A DNA stretch of 64,000 nt, taken from NCBI GenBank assembly GCA_040218735.1, contig JAVJQW010000033.1:96001-160000 (forward strand). Reading direction: 5' to 3'. A program made the translations under genes and the position numbers. This stretch comes from Deltaproteobacteria bacterium. GTDB taxonomy: Bacteria > Myxococcota > Kuafuiibacteriia > Kuafuiibacteriales > Kuafuiibacteriaceae. The notes under the pieces are model-generated. The model had not been told where the DNA came from and ran no database searches. It saw only the letters and a program-made list of their open reading frames with translations. Each line of letters opens with the position of its first letter. The stretch's first letter is position 1. Of the stretch, positions 1-14,197 are shown piece by piece.

Positions 1-194
1 GTGGTCTCGAGGTCGTTCCGCTTGGCGGCGGCGATCGCGGCCTCCAGCTCCGGTTTCCCGGCGGACTTGCTGCCGAACCCGATCGGCCGAGGGCGCCGTT
101 TCTTCGGCGGCGGCTTGGCCGCAGACTCCTCGGGGGGCGGCTGACTCGCGCAGGCGAACCCGGCGACGGCGAACAGAGCGAGCAAGATACGCAT
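1..194 (-). CDS. Lipoprotein of unknown function (partial, runs off the left edge)
   Basis: Manual translation from ATG at 194 gives MRILLALFAVAGFACASQPPPEESAAKPPPKK..., a signal peptide with lipobox-like FAC. The frame stays open to the window edge. Confidence 0.6.
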   Translation of the reverse strand, partial: MRILLALFAVAGFACASQPPPEESAAKPPPKKRRPRPIGFGSKSAGKPELEAAIAAAKRNDLET

Positions 195-255
195 GGCGTG
201 CCGCGGACCCTACCCCGCGCGCGCCAACACGTCACGCCGCGCGCACCACGCTGGC

Positions 256-284
256 TTGACTGCGCTGACGTGACCGACTACCCC
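256..284 (+). promoter_or_regulatory. Possible sigma70-type promoter
   Basis: TTGACT, a 17-bp spacer, then TACCCC, ending 8 nt before the ATG at 293. The -10 match is imperfect. Confidence 0.35.
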
Positions 285-292
285 GAGCGCCG

Positions 293-1075
293 ATGCTGAT
301 GCAGCCGGAGGGGGTACCGGTCGTCTCGCTGTGCGGGGTCCGCATCCTCGCGGTGACCGAAGCAGAGTGTGTCGATCTCATCCTCGACGCCCTCGACGAG
401 GGCCGTGGCGGCTGGGTCGTTACACCCAACCTCGACATCATCCGGCAGAGTGTTCAGCAGCCGGAGCTCGCGGCGATGCTCGCGCGGGCGGAGATCCTCG
501 TCGCGGACGGCATGCCGCTGATCTGGGCGAGCCGACTCCAGGGCACGCCGCTCCCGGAGCGCGTCGCAGGCTCCAACCTGATCTCGAGCCTCTCCGCAAA
601 AGCCGCGCGGCGACGGCGGTCACTGTTCATGCTGGGCGGGGATCCGGGCGTCGCAGAGCAGGCCTCGCAGATCCTCACCGACCGCAACCCCGACCTCGAC
701 ATCCGAGGCACCTACTGCCCCGAGTTCGGCTTCGAGAAGGACCCGGCGCAGATGGACGCGATCGTCGAGGCGGTGAAGGCGTCGGGCGCCGACATCGTGT
801 TCGTCGCGCTCGGCTTCCCGAAGAGCGAGCGCCTCACCGAGAAGATCCGCGGCGCGCTCCCCGACGCCTGGTGGATCGGCGTGGGGATCAGCTTCAGCTT
901 TCTGAGCGGCGACGTGAAGCGCGCGCCGCCCTGGATGCAGCGCGCGGGCCTCGAGTGGGTGCACCGACTTCAGCAAGAGCCGGGGCGCCTCGCGAAGCGC
1001 TACCTCGTACACGATATCCCGTTCGCGGGGCGGCTGTTCGCGAGCGCGGCGCGCGGGCGCTTCAAGAGCGAGTAG
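293..1075 (+). CDS. WecB/TagA/CpsF family glycosyltransferase
   Basis: Motifs VTPNLD, ADGMPLIWAS, PERVAGS, IVFVALGFPKSE, RAPPWMQRAGLEWVHRL and EPGRLAKRYL. Confidence 0.93.
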   Translation: MLMQPEGVPVVSLCGVRILAVTEAECVDLILDALDEGRGGWVVTPNLDIIRQSVQQPELAAMLARAEILVADGMPLIWASRLQGTPLPERVAGSNLISSLSAKAARRRRSLFMLGGDPGVAEQASQILTDRNPDLDIRGTYCPEFGFEKDPAQMDAIVEAVKASGADIVFVALGFPKSERLTEKIRGALPDAWWIGVGISFSFLSGDVKRAPPWMQRAGLEWVHRLQQEPGRLAKRYLVHDIPFAGRLFASAARGRFKSE

Positions 1076-2339
1076 GGAGCTTCTTCGACACCGCGCAACG
1101 GTCGCGCTCGGTCTCGAGTCGCTTCAGTAGATCGTCCTTGTTCACGACTTTGATCTTCCAGGCGGTGACGTCCGGTCGAAGTCCGTCGAGCGCACGGAGC
1201 GCGCACAGGTGATCCTGTCGCTCCTTCTGTGTCTTCGTCTTCATGATCGTCTGCACCCACGCTTCGGTCGCCTCCGCGAGCATCAAATGCGCCGCGCCGT
1301 TGAGACCACCTCGAACCATGCTGATCCTCATGTGCTTGCGGCGCTCCGCGTCCGTCGAGAGCTCCGAGCCGTCGGGCACGGTGATCCACCCCGCGAGGAC
1401 GTCATCCTTGGAGAACACCATCATGAGGCCGCCGCTCGAGAGCGCGTTCGTCGAGGTTGGGACGAGCTCTGGGTTGTTCTCGAGCTCGTCGTACGCGGAG
1501 TGATGAATGAGGAGGGTGAGCTTCGCGGAGAAATCGAGCCTCCGCGCGTAGCGCTGAAGTGCGAGCCAGTGTTGCTCGTCGTTCATCGTGTCGATCGGCG
1601 CGTCCTTGGGGAGCCAACGCAGCGGGACCTTCGAATAGCCGTAGGCGCGCTTCGCGACCTCGTTGGCTTCGGCGGCGAGATCGTTGGCGTACGCTTCGAG
1701 CTCCTCGCTCGCGTGCGGCGTGAACAGCCGCCCGGAGCCCTTCACGACGCCCATGTACTTGCCACCCGAGGAGTGGCCACCGCGCGTGAACTGACGAACG
1801 TGCACCAGCTCGTGCCGCACGACGCGCGGCGAAGGTGTTCCGGTGAGCACCGAGTGATGATCGATCAACATCGCGCCGTCGCGGCACACGGCGACGCGGT
1901 GGCGCAGCGCGGTGGGGGCGTAGACCAACGCGAAGTCGTATTGGGTGCGAAGTTCGTAGGCGAGCCGCCCGAGGGGGTTGTTGGCGGAAGGGAGGATGTA
2001 GAGCTCCTCGTCGTCACGCACGTGTTCGACGCCGAGCGCGCGGAGGTGGTCCGCGCCGCGCTCGACGATGACGGCGCGACGGGACTTTGCCTCGTCCGCC
2101 ATGACCTGGAACGCCGTCAGGACCGCGTCGGCGACCTCGACGTCGTCACCTCTCGCGGCGAGGCGTCGGGTGGTCTCTGCCTTGGCGTCTTCGGCGAGGC
2201 CCGGCAGGGTCGCGCGGTCGAAGCGTGTGATGGCGTCGCGCAGGGCGCGTTCGGTGACTGCGGGGTCCGGCGGGGGCGTGGGCGGGACCGTCGCGCAGGC
2301 GATGAGGAGGGGGAGGCCGAAGAGGGCTGGGATTCTCAA
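1062..2339 (-). CDS. Putative lipoprotein with HExxH zinc-metallopeptidase-like motif
   Basis: Lipobox LLIAC after a probable TTG start (2339; GTG at 2363 is an alternative). HELVH is followed about 30 aa later by EELEAY. Confidence 0.55.
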   Translation of the reverse strand: MRIPALFGLPLLIACATVPPTPPPDPAVTERALRDAITRFDRATLPGLAEDAKAETTRRLAARGDDVEVADAVLTAFQVMADEAKSRRAVIVERGADHLRALGVEHVRDDEELYILPSANNPLGRLAYELRTQYDFALVYAPTALRHRVAVCRDGAMLIDHHSVLTGTPSPRVVRHELVHVRQFTRGGHSSGGKYMGVVKGSGRLFTPHASEELEAYANDLAAEANEVAKRAYGYSKVPLRWLPKDAPIDTMNDEQHWLALQRYARRLDFSAKLTLLIHHSAYDELENNPELVPTSTNALSSGGLMMVFSKDDVLAGWITVPDGSELSTDAERRKHMRISMVRGGLNGAAHLMLAEATEAWVQTIMKTKTQKERQDHLCALRALDGLRPDVTAWKIKVVNKDDLLKRLETERDRCAVSKKLPTRS

Positions 2340-2383
2340 CTGTGTGTCGAAAACCGTAGGCACGCCCCGCGAGGCGACCAGCC

Positions 2384-3985
2384 CTATCGTTCCTTCGAGA
2401 TGGGCGTTTCGTCCGCTTCGACCTCGTCCTTCACGGACGCCGCGGCGGCGTCGAGTGCCTCGTCCATCTCCGAGTCCTCTTCGGGGACGGCGCCGTGCGG
2501 CGCGGGTGGGAGCAGGATCACGAACGACGCGCCGCCGACCGGAGAGCGGCGCAGCGCGATCGAGCCGCCGTGTTGCAGCACGATCTTCTTTACGATCGCG
2601 AGGCCGAGGCCGGTGCCTTCGGTCTTGGTCGTGTAGTACGGCTCGAAGACCTTCTCCGCGACGTCCTGCGGGACGCCCGGACCGTTGTCCTCGACGCGAA
2701 TCTCGACGAGCCCCGTCGCCGGGATGCGCGCGATGCGGATCCACAGCTTGGCGTTCCCCTTGCCGGCCGCCTGGATGCCGTTCATCACGAGGTTCGCGAG
2801 CACGCGCCGCATCAACACGCGGTCCACCGCGATGGTCAGCGGGTCCGCCGGGAGGTCGACCTCCACGGCGGCGTCGGGTTCGAAGCCGTTGTATGCGTTG
2901 AGGAACGCGTGCACGAAGCGCGACGCGTCGACGGGGGACGGCGTGACCTCCGGGAGGCGCGCAAACTGCGAGAACTCACCGACGAGCCGCGTGAGCGCGC
3001 CGATCTCCTCTTCGACGACGTCGCTCGCGTCGTCGACGAGCTTCTTGAAGCGCGGCTCGCTGTCGGGTGCGCGGCGTCGCAGCTCCTGGATGGCGAGGCG
3101 GATGGGCGTGAGTGGGTTCTTGATCTCGTGCGCGAGGCGCCGCGCGAACTCCTGCCAGCCCGAGACCTTCTCCAGATACACGATGCGGTCGCGCGCTTCC
3201 GCGACCTCTTCGATCATCCGGTTGAAGCCGTTCGTGAGCTCGGTGATTTCGTCGTCTCCGCCGAGCGGGACGGTGAAGCCGGACTCCCCCTTCGCGACGC
3301 GCTCCGTGGCGAGCGCGAGCTGCGAGACGCGGCGCGTGACGCTGCGGGCGAGGAGGTAACCCACCGCCAACGAGAGGAAGAGCACGAATGCGGAGATGGC
3401 GATGTACGTCAGATAGAAGGTGCGCGAGCGCTGGTCCTCGGTGCGGAGCGACGCGTCGTACAGGCGCGCGATCTCCTCCGCGTGTGCGCGGTCCGCGAGG
3501 TACTTGCGCGAGAGGATGAAGACGATCTCCAGCTTCGGGGCGTCGCCGAGTCCGAGCGGGAGGACGATCGTCTTGGGGACGAAGCCGTCGCCCATGCGTT
3601 CCTCGGGGCCGTCGAGCGCGACGAGGATCTCTTCGTCGAAGGTGATCACACGCGCCGATCGGATCTCTTCGTTGTCGGTGAGCACCTGCGCGAGCCGCAC
3701 CTTCACGTCGTCGACGCTGCCGTCGCGCGCGGCGCGAATGAGGATGGGGTCACTCGCGATCGACTGCGCGCGCGCGGAGTATTCGCTCTTCTTCGCGTCG
3801 AAGAAGTCCTTGTAGAACAGCGCCGAGTCCTCGAGCTGCTCGCGGACGCCGGTGTGCATCGACAGCGCGAGCCGGGTCTCGATGATCTGTGGGATGAAGA
3901 TCACCGAGATGACGAACGGCACCGTCGCCGCGAGGAAGATCGCGATGATGATCCGCCGCTCGAAGCGTGAGACTTTCGGCATCAT
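2384..3985 (-). CDS. NtrY-like HAMP-domain sensor histidine kinase
   Basis: Two TM segments, HAMP domain (DDEITELTNGFNRM), H-box WQEFARRLAHEIKNPLTPI, N box, G boxes (EDNGPG, GTGLGLAIV). Start overlaps the upstream stop. Confidence 0.92.
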   Translation of the reverse strand: MMPKVSRFERRIIIAIFLAATVPFVISVIFIPQIIETRLALSMHTGVREQLEDSALFYKDFFDAKKSEYSARAQSIASDPILIRAARDGSVDDVKVRLAQVLTDNEEIRSARVITFDEEILVALDGPEERMGDGFVPKTIVLPLGLGDAPKLEIVFILSRKYLADRAHAEEIARLYDASLRTEDQRSRTFYLTYIAISAFVLFLSLAVGYLLARSVTRRVSQLALATERVAKGESGFTVPLGGDDEITELTNGFNRMIEEVAEARDRIVYLEKVSGWQEFARRLAHEIKNPLTPIRLAIQELRRRAPDSEPRFKKLVDDASDVVEEEIGALTRLVGEFSQFARLPEVTPSPVDASRFVHAFLNAYNGFEPDAAVEVDLPADPLTIAVDRVLMRRVLANLVMNGIQAAGKGNAKLWIRIARIPATGLVEIRVEDNGPGVPQDVAEKVFEPYYTTKTEGTGLGLAIVKKIVLQHGGSIALRRSPVGGASFVILLPPAPHGAVPEEDSEMDEALDAAAASVKDEVEADETPISKER

Positions 3986-4644
3986 CACGGCGAGGCCCTC
4001 GCGGGGCGCGAGAGCGGCCCCGATCGGAACACGAACGCGTCCGCCTTCGCACCCGTCTGCGAGCGGAAGAAACGTGCCACCGCGCCGAAGAAGGCCCGAG
4101 GCCGGCCGCTGGAGGTCCCGCGCGGGTTCGACATGAACTCGCGGCTCTTCTCCATCAGCTCCGGCGAAACCGGGTTGAGCGCCACCTGCACCATCACGCG
4201 ATAACCCGAGGACCGGCGCATCAACGCGCTGTCGACCAGCGGCACCTGTTCGACGACACCACACGCCCGCAGCGCATCTTCGATCAACGGGAAGCGCTTG
4301 CGTTGGATGCGAGGGCCGTCACTCGTCCTCAGGTGGACTACCTCGTCCCAGATGTCGAAGCGCATCTCGCAGCGCCGCGTGCGCTTCACGATCGCGTCGC
4401 CGCGCTGGTCGAGGAGCGCGACGTTCATGAGGACGAGGCTGGTGAGGCCCCCGGAGAGGCGCTTGCGGAACTCTTCGGTGAAGGTGCTGGTGACGTCGAA
4501 CGACATCTGCACCACGTTGCGGCGGCGGCTGAGCGCGACGTCGAGGCCGGCGGGCTCGTCGTCGGCGAACGCGGGCGTGGTGCCGCCCAGCAGGGCGAGG
4601 CCCGCCAGGAACGTTCGCACGCGCGCTGTCCGCATCGCGCGCAT
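3985..4644 (-). CDS. DUF4390-like periplasmic protein
   Basis: Signal peptide and RCEMRFDIWDE motif. Its position directly upstream of an NtrY-like kinase is typical for this family. Confidence 0.65.
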   Translation of the reverse strand: MRAMRTARVRTFLAGLALLGGTTPAFADDEPAGLDVALSRRRNVVQMSFDVTSTFTEEFRKRLSGGLTSLVLMNVALLDQRGDAIVKRTRRCEMRFDIWDEVVHLRTSDGPRIQRKRFPLIEDALRACGVVEQVPLVDSALMRRSSGYRVMVQVALNPVSPELMEKSREFMSNPRGTSSGRPRAFFGAVARFFRSQTGAKADAFVFRSGPLSRPARASP

Positions 4645-4648
4645 CGTC

Positions 4649-6067
4649 TCAGAGCACCACGTTCATCATGTAGGCGAGTGACAGGCTGAAGTTGCCGATC
4701 GCGGTGTCGAACTTGAGGCCGGCGTCGAAGGAGAGCGGGATCTGACCGCCGGTGCCGCGTCCGCTGGCGTCCTCTTGCAGCTCGTCGAGTGATGCGGTGG
4801 CGGTGAGCTCGAGGCCGCCGTACAAATACATTCGATAGAGCAGGTCGCCGCCACCGGCGATCGGGACCGCATAGATCGCGCCGGTGCTGACGATCAGATC
4901 GTCGTAGTCGTTGCTCTCGGAGAAGTTGACGTCGACGTTGCGGGGGAGGGCGTCGCGGTTCAGCAGGAAGTAGGCGTAGTCGGCGCCGTAGAACTGGTTG
5001 AAGAACGGCGTCTGCCCCTGAACCATGCCGCCGAAGAGGCGCAGGATCAGGCTGTGGTCCTCGAACACCGTGATCGCGTGTTGCAGCTCTGCGGTGTACT
5101 TCGAGAACTCGTACCCGGAGAGGATCAGCGACGTGCCGACCTCCACGGCGAGCGCGATGCGGGTGCCGACGCGCGGGACGAATGCGTCGTCGCGCGTGTC
5201 GATCTCGTAGGACGCGGTGAGCGTCGACAGGACGGAGTCGTCGAACTGGATCGACGGCGCGCGACGAAGGACGGCGGGGTCGAGGTTGGGGAGGCGGTTC
5301 GCGTGCACGCTCTCGAGTCGGTAGACGAGGGAGATGCGCTGGGCCGGACCGACGCCCAGGCCGAACCCGAGTGAGCCGCCGCGTCGCGCGTAAGTGAGGG
5401 CGGGGCCGGTCGGGTCGTCTTCGTCGAGGATCTCGGCGCCGGAGAGCAGGATGGCGGAGCCGGAGAGCTGAAGCGGTGTGTTGGCGAGGTTCGGAACGAA
5501 CACGCGCATGGTGAGCGCGCGACGATCGCGGCCCAGCACGAAGCTGCCGCCGACGGTGACTCCGCGCCCGAGGAAGTTCGTCTCCGCGACGCCGAAGCCG
5601 CCGAACACCGGTGACACTTGCGAGTAACCGAGGAAGAGCTCGTCGATGAGGATGGTGTTGCGTTCTTCGACCTCCACGACGAGGAGCGCGCGCCCGCGAC
5701 GCGAGCCGCGACGGAGGCTGAACTCGACCGACTTGAAGAACCCGGTGTTGAGGAGACGCAGGCGTGACTGAACGATGCGGTCGTCGTCGACGAGGTCGCC
5801 GACTTCGACGACGAGGCGCGAGCGGATCACCGCGGGGGTGGTCTTCTCGTTACCGATGATCTCGATGCCTTCGATGAAGAGCGCGTTGGGATCCGCGCGC
5901 AGGCCGACGCCGAGGACGTCCGGGCTGGGGTCCTTTCCGGCCTCGAGGAAGGCGTCGAACGCCAGGTCGTCCACGGCGGTGGTCGCGGTCGACGTCGTCT
6001 CGGTCTGCTGAGCCCACGCCGGCGCGGCCACGCACGTCAGGGCGACGGCGAGATTCGCTCGGATCAT
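4649..6067 (-). CDS. BamA/TamA (Omp85) family outer-membrane protein with one POTRA domain
   Basis: Signal peptide [24 protein letters not shown] motif (IEIIGNEKT...LLNTGFF...VEVEER) and barrel motifs ETNFLGRG and [12 protein letters not shown]. Confidence 0.85.
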   Translation of the reverse strand: MIRANLAVALTCVAAPAWAQQTETTSTATTAVDDLAFDAFLEAGKDPSPDVLGVGLRADPNALFIEGIEIIGNEKTTPAVIRSRLVVEVGDLVDDDRIVQSRLRLLNTGFFKSVEFSLRRGSRRGRALLVVEVEERNTILIDELFLGYSQVSPVFGGFGVAETNFLGRGVTVGGSFVLGRDRRALTMRVFVPNLANTPLQLSGSAILLSGAEILDEDDPTGPALTYARRGGSLGFGLGVGPAQRISLVYRLESVHANRLPNLDPAVLRRAPSIQFDDSVLSTLTASYEIDTRDDAFVPRVGTRIALAVEVGTSLILSGYEFSKYTAELQHAITVFEDHSLILRLFGGMVQGQTPFFNQFYGADYAYFLLNRDALPRNVDVNFSESNDYDDLIVSTGAIYAVPIAGGGDLLYRMYLYGGLELTATASLDELQEDASGRGTGGQIPLSFDAGLKFDTAIGNFSLSLAYMMNVVL

Positions 6068-6360
6068 CAATCGATCTCTTCTCGAAGTTCGACGCGCGAG
6101 CCCGTCGGACATTCCTGGCGTATACCCCGAGCGCGGCGATCGCGCCCGGGTTCGGTCGGATTTCGCGCCGACGCGCGGGGCGGGATCGTGAGCGATCGCA
6201 CGTGTGCCAACGCCGCGGATCACGGGGCGATTCCCGCGGCACCGACTCGTATCGAGGCACTCGGGGTGAACGCTCCGGCGGTGCCTCAGGGCTGGCCCCG
6301 TCGAGCCGATCCGACATTGAGGCCGTCGTGTTCGCGCGGGGCCGTTGGGGTGAAGGCTAC

Positions 6361-8237
6361 ATGAGCATTCGAAGCTACGGGGCGGCGCTCGTCGTCGCAC
6401 AGTGCGCGGTCGTCAGCACCGCGTTCGCGCAGGTCGACGAACCAGGGACCTTCTCGGGCGAGCGATTCGAGCTCGCCGTGGATCCGGACGGCGTGCTCAA
6501 CGTGGACGCGGCCGTCGTGCCCGATCACCTCGCGTGGGACCTGAGCTTCTGGCTCGGCGGCGCCCACGACCCGCTCGTGCTCTACGACGAGCGCGACGGC
6601 TTCGAACGACAGCGCGGTGACCTCGTCGGGACGCGCATCGGCGGGAGCATCGGCGGTGCGGTTTCGCTGTTCGGCGTCGTTCAGCTCGGGCTGTCGGTGC
6701 CGCTGGTCGCGTTCCAGAGTCGGAACCCGCAGGCCGACGGTGCGACGGCGCCGCTCCCGGATCTTCAGGTCGTCGGTGTCGGCAACGTTCGGTTGTCGCC
6801 GAAGGTGGCGGTGCTGCGCGACGCGTCGCACGGGTTCGACCTCGCGGTGATCCCGCGGCTCTCGCTGCCGGCGCTCTCGTCCGGCAACTACATCGGCGAC
6901 GACGCGTTTGTGTTCGCGCCGACGGTCGCGGCTTCGAAGGACTTCACCGTCTTCCGCACCGCGTTCAACACCGGTCTGCGGTTCACGAAGACCGACGAGT
7001 GGCTGGGGTTGGTGCGTTCGCACGAGATCACGGCGTCGGCAGCCGTGTCGGTACGCCTCGAGGAGCTCGGCGGGCCTCCGCTGGATCTCGATGCTTCGCT
7101 CGCTGGCGCGACTTCGCTGTCGCGTCCCTTGGCTTCGACGCAGAACTACTTCGAGGGGATCGGCGGCGCGACGTACGACTTCGGCGGCCCGCTCCTCGCG
7201 TTCGCCGCCGCGGGTCTGGGGACGGGTGCGGGGTACGGGACGCCGGACTATCGCGCGTTGGTCGGCGTGCGTCTGAGCTCGCGGGTCGACGACCCCGATC
7301 AGGACGGCATCGAAGGCGAGGACGACGCGTGTCCGAAGGCCGCGGAGGACTACGACGGCTTCGAGGACCTCGACGGTTGTCCGGAGGAGGACAACGACGG
7401 CGACCGGATCGCGGATGCGCTCGACGGTGCGCCGAACCACGCGGAGGACATCGACGGCTTCGAAGACGACGACGGGATTCCGGACCCCGACAACGACCAG
7501 GACTCGGTGGAGGATGCGCGCGACGCGTGTCCGACGGTGGCCGGAGTCGTGGACAACGGCGGCTGCCCCGACGTGGACGGCGACGGTGACGGCGTTTGGG
7601 ATCGACTCGACGCGTGCGTCGACGAGCCGGAGGACGTGGATGGGTTCGAGGACGCCGACGGGTGCCCGGAGGCGGACAACGACGGCGACACGCTGCTCGA
7701 CGCGGCGGATGCATGCCCGGACGAAGCGGGGCCCGTTGCGAACCGGGGCTGCCCGGACGTGGACACCGACGGCGACGGCATCGTCGACCGCCTCGACAAC
7801 TGCCCGAAGGAGGCGGGTGCGGTGGAGAACTACGGGTGCGTGGCGAAGCAGATGGTCCGTCTCACGGACCAGAAGATCGAGATCGCAGACACCGTCTACT
7901 TCGAGTTCGGGAACGCGGCGATTCGTTCGGTGTCGTTCGCGATGCTCGACAACATCGCCAAGGTGCTCATGGAGCACGAGCGAATCTCGCGGCTGCGCAT
8001 CGAAGGTCACACGGACGACGTGGGGCCGCGTGAGCTGAACCTGTCGTTGTCGGCTGCGCGTGCCAAGGCGGTCCTCGACTACCTCGTCGCGGCGGGGGTG
8101 TCGCGTGAGCGACTCGAGAGCGCGGGCTTCGCGTTCGATCAACCCATCGCGGACAACGGCACCGAGGAGGGGCGCGCTGCGAATCGGCGCGTCGAGTTCG
8201 TCATCGTGGAAGCGCCCGTGGGCGCGGAGGTGGTCGA

Positions 8238-8241
<4 letters not shown>
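6361..8241 (+). CDS. TraB-like OmpA family protein (beta-barrel, thrombospondin type-3 repeats, OmpA C-terminal domain)
   Basis: Signal peptide; barrel ending [14 protein letters not shown]; DxDxDG..D..DACP repeats; OmpA motifs [19 protein letters not shown] and [10 protein letters not shown]. Confidence 0.9.
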
Positions 8242-13139
<4,898 letters not shown>

Positions 13140-13183
13140 CGAGCCGGATCCTAGGGCACGGTCGTTGCTCCCCTTCGGCGCCG

Positions 13184-14191
13184 ATGCGCCGCTCCCTCTG
13201 CGCCGGTCTCTTGCTCCTCGGCGCCTGCGAAATCGAGTACGCCGACAAGGACGAGCCCGGATTCTCGCCGCCGATCTGTGGCGTCAACGCCTCCTGCGTC
13301 AGCTGCACCGACCCCAACGGCTGCGACCCGTCGCGCCTCGTGCTGTCGGGCGCCGACACGGCCGACGGCCTGTCCCTCATGCACTTCGCCCTCCCCACCG
13401 CGGTCGGGGGCCTGCAGACGATCGACGTCCAGACGTTCACCACGACGATTCCGCTGTACACGCACCTGTCGAGCGGAGGCGCGGCCGAGGTCGTCGACGT
13501 GGGTACCGACTACGTCGTCGTTCGGGGTGTCCGTCCGGGCCGCATCAACCTCATCGTGCGCAACGGGCTCGACGAGGGGCAGATCGAGCTGGAGGTCGAG
13601 CCGATCGAGCACATCGAGGCCGGCCTCGTCGACCCGACCAGCGGACTGCTCGGAGTCGGCCGTGAGCTCGCGTCGCGCGCGGTGGCTCCGGGCGGCGCGA
13701 CGCCGGTGCACGTCCGCCTCTTCGGGACGAGCGGACGTCGCGTGGTCGACGAGGGCGTCACCTCCGCGACGTCGAGCGTGACTTGGCCGCAGGACGCTCC
13801 GCTCCGCTGGGATACGGTGCTCGCCTCGGTGCGCGAGGCGAGCGAAGGTCCGCAGCTCCTCGTCGTGCTGACCTCCGACGGCCGTCTTTGGCCCAGCACC
13901 GTCGAGCCGGCGGGCGTCGATGAGATCCGCCTCGAACCATCGCAGGAGCGGCAGACCACTCGGGGGGAGCGCCTCGTCACGTTGTGTTTCTCCGCGCGCT
14001 GGCGAGGTCGTGTCGTCTCCGCGCCGAACTGGGGGTTCGAGGTCGCCGGGGAGACGCTGTTCCGGTTCGCCGGCGCCCCCATGCACTTCGGCCACATGAC
14101 CTGCGTGCCCACGCGCACCGCCTCGCTCGGTCCACGCAAGATGCGCGTGACCGCGGGTGGGCACGAACAGGTCGTGGACTTCGTCTACTGA
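13184..14191 (+). CDS. Lipoprotein, probably Ig-like folds
   Basis: Lipobox LLLGAC, Cys-rich N-terminus and beta-rich body. Confidence 0.7.
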   Translation: MRRSLCAGLLLLGACEIEYADKDEPGFSPPICGVNASCVSCTDPNGCDPSRLVLSGADTADGLSLMHFALPTAVGGLQTIDVQTFTTTIPLYTHLSSGGAAEVVDVGTDYVVVRGVRPGRINLIVRNGLDEGQIELEVEPIEHIEAGLVDPTSGLLGVGRELASRAVAPGGATPVHVRLFGTSGRRVVDEGVTSATSSVTWPQDAPLRWDTVLASVREASEGPQLLVVLTSDGRLWPSTVEPAGVDEIRLEPSQERQTTRGERLVTLCFSARWRGRVVSAPNWGFEVAGETLFRFAGAPMHFGHMTCVPTRTASLGPRKMRVTAGGHEQVVDFVY

Positions 14192-14197
14192 ATGGAA

